From: Antedon mediterranea
Lineage: Eukaryota; Animalia; Echinodermata
Reading direction: 5' to 3'
Length of the DNA: 64,000 nucleotides
NCBI RefSeq assembly: GCF_964355755.1
Contig: NC_092672.1
Span: forward strand, 20,659,237 to 20,723,236
Each line of letters opens with the position of its first letter. Positions within the stretch are counted from its first letter, which is position 1. A model generated the notes under the pieces. It saw only the letters and a program-made list of their open reading frames with translations, searched no databases and was not told where the DNA came from. Below are positions 61,701 through 64,000 of this stretch, piece by piece. A program made the translations under genes and the position numbers.

Positions 61701-63710
61701 TAAAAGTGCTAAATATTGAAATGATTAAAGGAGCGGAAATGTAATGATAATCATCAGTGTCTGCTAATGAACATATATTATCTTGCAAGTTACTTTGACA
61801 GTTAATACTAATATTTGTATATTGTATGACACTGCTGTGTAATCTATTCAACTTGCAGTACAATGTGGTTAAATAAACTCATCACTAAACCATTGATTGG
61901 AAAGGATAAGGTTTAGAATACTTAAATATTGCATTGGAAATACTTTTTCTTTAAATAAAAAAGTTATACTTGGTAATCACAATTGAGACCTAATGCAAGT
62001 TGTTGTATGTGTTATATATTTTATCACAACAGAACCAGTGTATGAAGAAAAACCAGAAATTCCTAAAGGGTTCAGGAACAAATTTGTAAGCAAACTTCGC
62101 TCTGCAAGAGAAGGTGGTGACTCTAAAGTGGATAGCAACAAGTTTGTTATGCATATCTGGGACTTTGGTGGTCAACCAATTTACCATGTGATACAACGGG
62201 TAAATTTTATTGGTGTATTTAATTTTTATTAATAGAGATTAGTTTTGCCGTCAATATTCAATATACATGCCTTCTTCTGAGCTTCTGTTAATTTCAGTGT
62301 ATACTTTGTCTTTTGGCCTTGTTACAATATGAGTACTGAAATCAAAAAGCTTGCTAACTTGATTTGAAGTTAAGAACCTATAATCTTCCTCCAAGGTATT
62401 ACAAAAATGTGGATCTAATATAGTACAATATGTCAGTATCAGATATAAAATACAATTATTATTATTATTACAATATTATAAATTATTTTATTCTTCATTT
62501 AATTTGAATACAATCAACTTAGTCTCTAGTCTTCGATTACCTTAAACCAAAACCAGAATTGAGGTCAAAAGTTCCAAATTCTGTTTTACCTTTAAAAATA
62601 CATTTGTAATATCAGAATTTCTGTAAACCAAGACATATTATGCCAGCCGAATGGTGTCCAGTTTTGGGAGACTTTAATTAAAATAGTATTAATTGATGTA
62701 ATATTATGTATTATTAGCAGAGAGGGATAGAAAAGAAAGAATGTAATATTAAACATTCATTATTTATTAAACCAATGATTAAGATTGTAAATGTTTCCAA
62801 GGTGAACATGCACTTTGTGAGGAAAAAAATCAAATAATCAGTTGTGCTAGTATATACTGTGACACAATTAGTGTATAAACAGTTTTTAATATTGACAATT
62901 ATGATTATGTTTATAGATATTCATGGTGTCTTATGCTGTTGTATGTGTGGTATTCAACATGAATGAAGGTCTTAATGCCCCAGCTAAAGTTTGTGATCCA
63001 ACAACTGTAAGTAGATTTTACAAATTTCAAATGTTTATGTAATTGTACATAAATAAAATGTTTCCTTCATGTTATTCTTTACCTTAACACAAACTGTGCA
63101 AATAGCAGATGCCTGATATATGATTGTTGTTATTTCCACTTCCATGAATAGTGTTGTTAATAGCAGATGCCTGATATATGATTGTTGTTATTTCCACTTC
63201 CATGATAGTGTTGTTAATAGCAGATGCCTGATATGAGTGTTGTTAATTCCACTTCCATGATAGTGTTATTAATAGCAGATGCCTGATAAATGATTGTTGT
63301 TATTTCCACTTCCATGATAGTGTTGTTAATAGCAGATGCCTGATATATCATTGTTGTTAATTCCACTTCCATGATAGTGTTGTTAATAGCAGATACCTGA
63401 TATATCATTGTTGTTAATTCCACTTCCATGATAGTGTTGTTTTTCTATATTAATTTGTGCTGCTAATAATAATAGATAATTTGCCAAAATGTTTCAAACT
63501 AGAACTTAAAGCATTAAAAATGTAAATTTTGTTCATTTTTTTTTTATTTAGGGAAAAATGTATGAACATCAAATGACAAATCTTGAGTTCATTCTGTTTT
63601 GGATTCGTTCAGTTTTTGTAAATGTAAGAAAAGGACAAAATAACAAGATACTGCTGATTGGTACACATTATGAGAGCCTTGGTAAAACTGAACAAGAAAG
63701 ACAACAAAGG
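11170..63710 (+). CDS. Roco-family protein (ankyrin repeats - Death domain - ROC GTPase), spliced, 16 exons, 3'-incomplete
   Basis: Exons join in frame with GT-AG sites and matching phases: 11170-11220, 12189-12263, 18851-18949, 28892-28990, 55340-55438, 56360-56476, 57693-57786, 58297-58332, 58736-58984, 59482-59647, 60186-60289, 60973-61092, 61518-61631, 62033-62199, 62917-63006, 63552-63710. About 613 aa with no stop. A COR domain is expected downstream but is not visible here. Confidence 0.9.
11731..12054 (+). mobile_element. tRNA-derived SINE (copy 1)
   Basis: A box TGGCTTGGTGG, B box GGTTCAAGTCC, and a (TAAAA)n tail. A related inverted copy lies at 60335-60604. Confidence 0.85.
12189..12263 (+). 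CDS. Roco exon 2: [25 protein letters not shown] (end of a degenerate ankyrin repeat)
   Basis: TTTCATAG| acceptor, CAG|GTATAC donor, phase 0-0. The VNIKN ending is typical of ankyrin repeats. Confidence 0.8.
12778..13124 (+). mobile_element. Composite 5S rRNA/tRNA-headed SINE (SINE3-type), copy 1
   Basis: 5S-like head 12778-12896, tRNA-like segment 12900-12970, CORE-like CCTTAGGCAAGATGCTTTACTCTC, A-rich tail, and TATC TSD (12774-12777 / 13125-13128). Confidence 0.9.
13496..13690. repeat. Local duplicate of the SINE flanks (empty-site paralog)
   Basis: ...GTGTCAAACACTTCTATCCACATTGGACCCCTTGTAC... is continuous here but interrupted by the SINE at 12777/13125. Confidence 0.9.
14543..14708. mobile_element. 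Harbinger-type MITE
   Basis: TIRs AGCTCTGTTTACACTAT / ATAGTGTAGACATAGCT, further internal inverted symmetry, and TAA/GAA flanks. Confidence 0.75.
15443..17996 (+). mobile_element. Non-autonomous Helitron
   Basis: Starts TCTATATATA after an A. Ends with hairpin CTAGATGGTACGC-gagcgaagcga-GCGTGCCATCTAG followed by T, giving an A|T target, no TSD and a CTAG end. Contains an internal repeat of about 300 bp (15717-16021 vs 16487-16840). Confidence 0.85.
18851..18949 (+). CDS. Roco exon 3, ankyrin repeat: [33 protein letters not shown]
   Basis: 99-nt phase 0-0 exon, AG| acceptor, |GTAAGT donor, matches the ankyrin consensus. Confidence 0.95.
19074..19321. mobile_element. Short inverted-repeat element (MITE-like, family unassigned)
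   Basis: TGTCTCTTAGTGTAC ... GTACACTAAGAGATA inverted pair around a CpG-richer core. Confidence 0.55.
20991..21135 (-). mobile_element. 3' tail fragment of a CR1/L2-group LINE
   Basis: Minus strand shows a hairpin (CAGGGAGT..ACTCCCTG), then AATAAA and a (GATTT)n tail. Confidence 0.55.
21799..22160. mobile_element. Kolobok-like MITE (degenerate)
   Basis: TTAA|AGGTGTATTGTC ... GACATTACATCT|TTGA. It interrupts sequence that is homologous to about 29190-29420. Confidence 0.55.
25591..25710. repeat. (TA)n microsatellites
   Basis: Two pure TA runs, with further runs at about 26045-26064 and 26324-26343. Confidence 0.98.
25709..26045 (+). mobile_element. Composite 5S rRNA/tRNA-headed SINE, copy 2
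   Basis: About 6 differences from copy 1 over about 310 bp. Has a (TAA)n tail and is embedded in (TA)n. Confidence 0.9.
26066..26326. mobile_element. Penelope-like element terminal-repeat fragment in inverted arrangement
   Basis: Perfect 97-bp arms (26124-26220 / 26230-26326) with a 9-nt spacer, a hammerhead core in each arm, and (TA)n on both sides. Confidence 0.75.
26169..26224 (-). ncRNA. Minimal type I hammerhead ribozyme
   Basis: Minus strand: TCAC-CTGAAGA-GTGCGGCCAGC-TACAT-GCTGGTCGTAC-GAAA-CAAATTTG-TA-GTGA. This gives the core CUGANGA and GAAA, an 11-bp stem II, a palindromic stem III, a GUA cleavage triplet and a 4-bp stem I. Confidence 0.8.
26532..27387 (+). mobile_element. PIF/Harbinger deletion derivative with Myb/SANT (trihelix) remnant
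   Basis: TIRs GGCCTGTTTCTAT / ATAGAAACAGGCC, 3-bp TCT TSD, and internal peptide [20 protein letters not shown] (about 27092-27151). Confidence 0.8.
28892..28990 (+). CDS. Roco exon 4, ankyrin repeat: [33 protein letters not shown]
   Basis: 99-nt phase 0-0 exon, TAG| acceptor, |GTAAGT donor. Confidence 0.95.
30060..33395 (-). mobile_element. Intact CR1-group non-LTR retrotransposon (Rex-Babar/Daphne/L2-like), single ORF
   Basis: 8-bp TSD ATAGTAAA (30052-30059 / 33396-33403), with the empty site present in the paralog near 45311. The 3' end has AATAAA followed by TTTATCAG repeats. Confidence 0.92.
30255..33185 (-). CDS. LINE ORF: AP endonuclease plus reverse transcriptase (976 aa)
   Basis: APE motifs ITETHL, GGGVVVY, TGDFN and SDH. 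RT motifs [26 protein letters not shown] and KFMDD. Confidence 0.95.
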   Translation of the reverse strand: MILICITMCFSRERIAGYKHSDAKLSKDVFVSLKELGILATHHRGCRGGRFKQRVIPVRISSRHNHRQCGKGSSGCNPNNLVHLAQQYTGWNFPSFFSTNALSLPNKMDELVHRVKQSAYDIITITETHLKPFILNTIVEIEGYSLIRSDRPGDRRGGGVVVYVKDSIPYKVWSEIKDEAFESIWITIRPKRLPRKIANITIGLIYHPPNSNDLEMCNHIIHSLDYVCSKHPETGIVITGDFNRMKDYKLVKFPLKQLVKIPTRKEAILDLFYTSLGEFYLAPITEPPLGLSDHRVVICKPVANVKLDHYYTNKSLKRLFKLNNKLLFFEDICSIRWHDMYKLNDCYSQFKFLNDKLQSLYNHHFPLVPLTQYVMDKPWVTSKYKNLIRKRQIAFKEGNLIEFRSLRNKVNRMSKSLRKSFYKNNVAKLLNSDSRSWWKHTKRFLNLGCKENHALVGMSNLLCNGNKTLLSNKINQFFASLTTEFNPLPPLDPLLDIDEIPSHLIIELETVRIKLHQIKCNKAPGPDDLPPWVFKEGAEILSGPLCAIANSSVRNGWVPQEWKRANIVPIPKVFPPKLVESDLRPIALTPIMAKVIESLVGEMIWHQVKDKINLNQFGCCKGVSTVDALIEFLNVCFLATDAGEEVRVLLLDFKKAYDLIDHKILLNKLIALGVDSHLIRWVNAFLYNRQQRVKIGDSLSEWLSPNGGIPQGSWIGPIMFIIFINDLLNGKPCVKFMDDTTVFERVSKLSNSNLQNIANSALAWTRLNHMTLNAKKTCELIVSCKKNKSIFNPLIINKCSVNQVCRTKLLGIIICDNLSWQPHIESLIAKSNSRLYFLKQLRRSGLDAQALCYFYCCVIRPVLEYAVPVWGTCLTKLQSDQLESIQRRALRITFPELSYNKAMAQCNVPVLCERRTRLCKDYYQKLKNPSHRLHHLLPKAPKSRYNLRQVKEFCIPKIKTERSKNFIVNFGLFHKW
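35270..36900 (-). mobile_element. DIRS-type tyrosine-recombinase retrotransposon remnant (end of RT, RNase H, MT-like domain, YR N-terminus)
   Basis: Frameshifted peptides [45 protein letters not shown], and [17 protein letters not shown] (about 35430-35477). Confidence 0.85.
37260..38460 (-). mobile_element. Ancient LINE RT remnant (second copy at about 48030-49200)
   Basis: [13 protein letters not shown] and DLSKAF-like fragments with many stop codons. Confidence 0.75.
38683..40126. mobile_element. hAT-like non-autonomous DNA transposon
   Basis: Left TIR CAGTGGTGGCGCCAG, damaged right TIR CTGGCGCCTG, and GC-rich subterminal repeats. Absent from paralog B at about 49400. Confidence 0.75.
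40514..43639 (+). mobile_element. 5'-truncated L2/Crack-type LINE nested in the RTE
   Basis: APE plus RT coding with one frameshift, a 3' UTR hairpin AAGGCAATCCC..GGGATTTGCCTT, AATAAA and a (GAATT)n tail. No clear TSD. Confidence 0.92.
40519..43258 (+). pseudogene. LINE ORF2 (APE-RT) with a single frameshift at about 40990
   Basis: GGGVAMY, YRPP and LGDFN in the first frame. The second frame is open from [16 protein letters not shown] into the 653-aa ORF (NYRPIS, DLSKAFD, GVPQGS, YADD). Confidence 0.9.
44803..49424. repeat. Segmental duplication unit B
   Basis: Starts TCATACTCATTTGCCATACTCTCC (equivalent to 29534) and ends TAAGTTCTGCATTA (equivalent to 40145). Confidence 0.92.
46450..46970 (-). 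mobile_element. DIRS tyrosine recombinase C-terminal remnant
   Basis: Minus strand about 46795-46685 translates [36 protein letters not shown], matching the YR HSLRxGGATAAANAG box. Confidence 0.8.
49810..50330 (-). mobile_element. Decayed LINE ORF1 remnant
   Basis: Fragments [30 protein letters not shown] and [13 protein letters not shown] resemble L1/CR1-type ORF1 motifs (IERAHR, PRxII, IxEDL). Confidence 0.6.
51750..52440 (+). mobile_element. Old L2/Crack 3' fragment
   Basis: [22 protein letters not shown] resembles the C-terminus of the 41297-43258 ORF. Tail AATAAATGTTACTTGAAATGAAATGAA. Confidence 0.7.
52092..52200 (+). mobile_element. Mini Helentron-associated element (DINE-1-like)
   Basis: 5' palindrome AGTCGCGTggACGCGACT, GTCT/GTCG microsatellite, 3' subTIR ACGCGACT, small hairpin and CTTGTT end, inserted in a T run. 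Confidence 0.75.
52706..53035. repeat. Direct repeat of about 90 bp (period about 239 bp) flanking a poly-C run
   Basis: ATTATTATATTATAACTTATATTATCAAGGTTCTATC...GTTTGAGA at about 52706 and about 52946. Confidence 0.85.
55340..55438 (+). CDS. Roco exon 5, ankyrin repeat: [33 protein letters not shown]
   Basis: 99-nt phase 0-0 exon, TTTTAG| acceptor, |GTAAGT donor. Confidence 0.95.
56360..56476 (+). CDS. Roco exon 6, divergent ankyrin repeat: [14 protein letters not shown]...MDIWKKNK
   Basis: 117-nt phase 0-0 exon with GDNALH motif and |GTTAGT donor. Confidence 0.9.
57693..57786 (+). CDS. Roco exon 7, terminal ankyrin-like cap: NGKSAFNIY...SEILAILS
   Basis: CAG| acceptor, G|GTAAGT donor, phase 0-1. 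Confidence 0.85.
58297..58332 (+). CDS. Roco exon 8, 36-nt linker: [12 protein letters not shown]
   Basis: TTTAG| acceptor, CAG|GTATGA donor, phase 1-1, in frame. Confidence 0.7.
58736..58984 (+). CDS. Roco exon 9, Death domain
   Basis: [35 protein letters not shown]...YDMLNAW...[18 protein letters not shown] fits the Death-fold pattern (WxxLAxxLG, MLxxW, LxxALxxxGxxDxA). Phase 1-1. Confidence 0.92.
59482..59647 (+). CDS. Roco exon 10, pre-ROC helix and P-loop
   Basis: [23 protein letters not shown]...[18 protein letters not shown]. Confidence 0.95.
60186..60289 (+). CDS. Roco exon 11, ROC switch I region
   Basis: [11 protein letters not shown]..., phase 2-1, matching both neighbours. Confidence 0.88.
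60335..60604 (-). mobile_element. tRNA-derived SINE (copy 2, different 3' part)
   Basis: 60430-60604 is the reverse complement of about 11730-11915. Confidence 0.85.
60973..61092 (+). CDS. Roco exon 12, insert within ROC
   Basis: [21 protein letters not shown]...GPSKQETKS, phase 1-1. An alternative in-frame acceptor gives a start at 60979. Confidence 0.8.
61518..61631 (+). CDS. Roco exon 13, low-complexity insert within ROC
   Basis: [38 protein letters not shown], phase 1-1. Confidence 0.82.
62033..62199 (+). CDS. Roco exon 14, ROC switch II
   Basis: ...[19 protein letters not shown], phase 1-0. Confidence 0.95.
62917..63006 (+). CDS. Roco exon 15: [30 protein letters not shown]
   Basis: ROC beta-strand pattern (FxxxxAxxxxVFN), phase 0-0. 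Confidence 0.9.
63101..63441. repeat. Minisatellite, 57-bp unit x6 (intronic)
   Basis: AATAGCAGATGCCTGATATATGATTGTTGTTATTTCCACTTCCATGATAGTGTTGTT in tandem. Confidence 0.95.
63552..63710 (+). CDS. Roco exon 16, ROC G4 region
   Basis: [21 protein letters not shown]...[12 protein letters not shown]..., donor AGG|GTACAT. Confidence 0.9.
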
Positions 63711-64000
63711 GTACATAGCATTTCTGAAAAATTCCTAAAACATCATTGGTCAGGGTTAAATTCATTCACTTGCAATTGAGAAATAAAATAAAACTAAGTA
63801 AGAGGGTTTAATTAATTGAATAGAACATTTCGAACATAGATATTATAAGAAAGAACAAATTAAAGATATATATCTGTACTATATTATTAAACAGCATGCC
63901 TAAACAATGAGGTATGTTTTACGTTTGTGTACAATATAATAAAAACATACATTTCATTTTGAGCAAAAAAGAACCCCCAAAATTCATTATATCACATATC

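Noticed and set aside
63214-63429. 19-aa repeat ORF
   Set aside because: Translation of the 57-bp intronic minisatellite.

Overview
AT-rich animal genomic DNA, probably a marine invertebrate (inferred only from gene and repeat style). One + strand spliced gene crosses the window, and the ORF track shows only fragments of it. I assembled 16 GT-AG exons (11158-63710) giving about 613 aa: ankyrin repeats, then a Death domain, then a ROC GTPase ([20 protein letters not shown]). This is a Roco-family protein that continues past the window end. Its 5' introns are large and full of mobile DNA: an intact single-ORF CR1-group LINE, an L2/Crack LINE nested in an RTE, DIRS remnants, a Helitron, Helentron-type elements, Harbinger/hAT/Kolobok-type non-autonomous elements, tRNA SINEs and minisatellites. 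Most notable are (1) the modular ANK-Death-ROC gene with an exon-encoded insert inside the GTPase, (2) a young composite 5S rRNA + tRNA + CORE-like SINE in two copies, (3) a Penelope-type minimal hammerhead ribozyme inside a perfect 97-bp-arm palindrome, and (4) a multi-kb tandem duplication with an RTE exactly at its junction, resembling a giant target-site duplication, whose two copies keep complementary parts of one DIRS element. All coordinates and alignments were made by eye.
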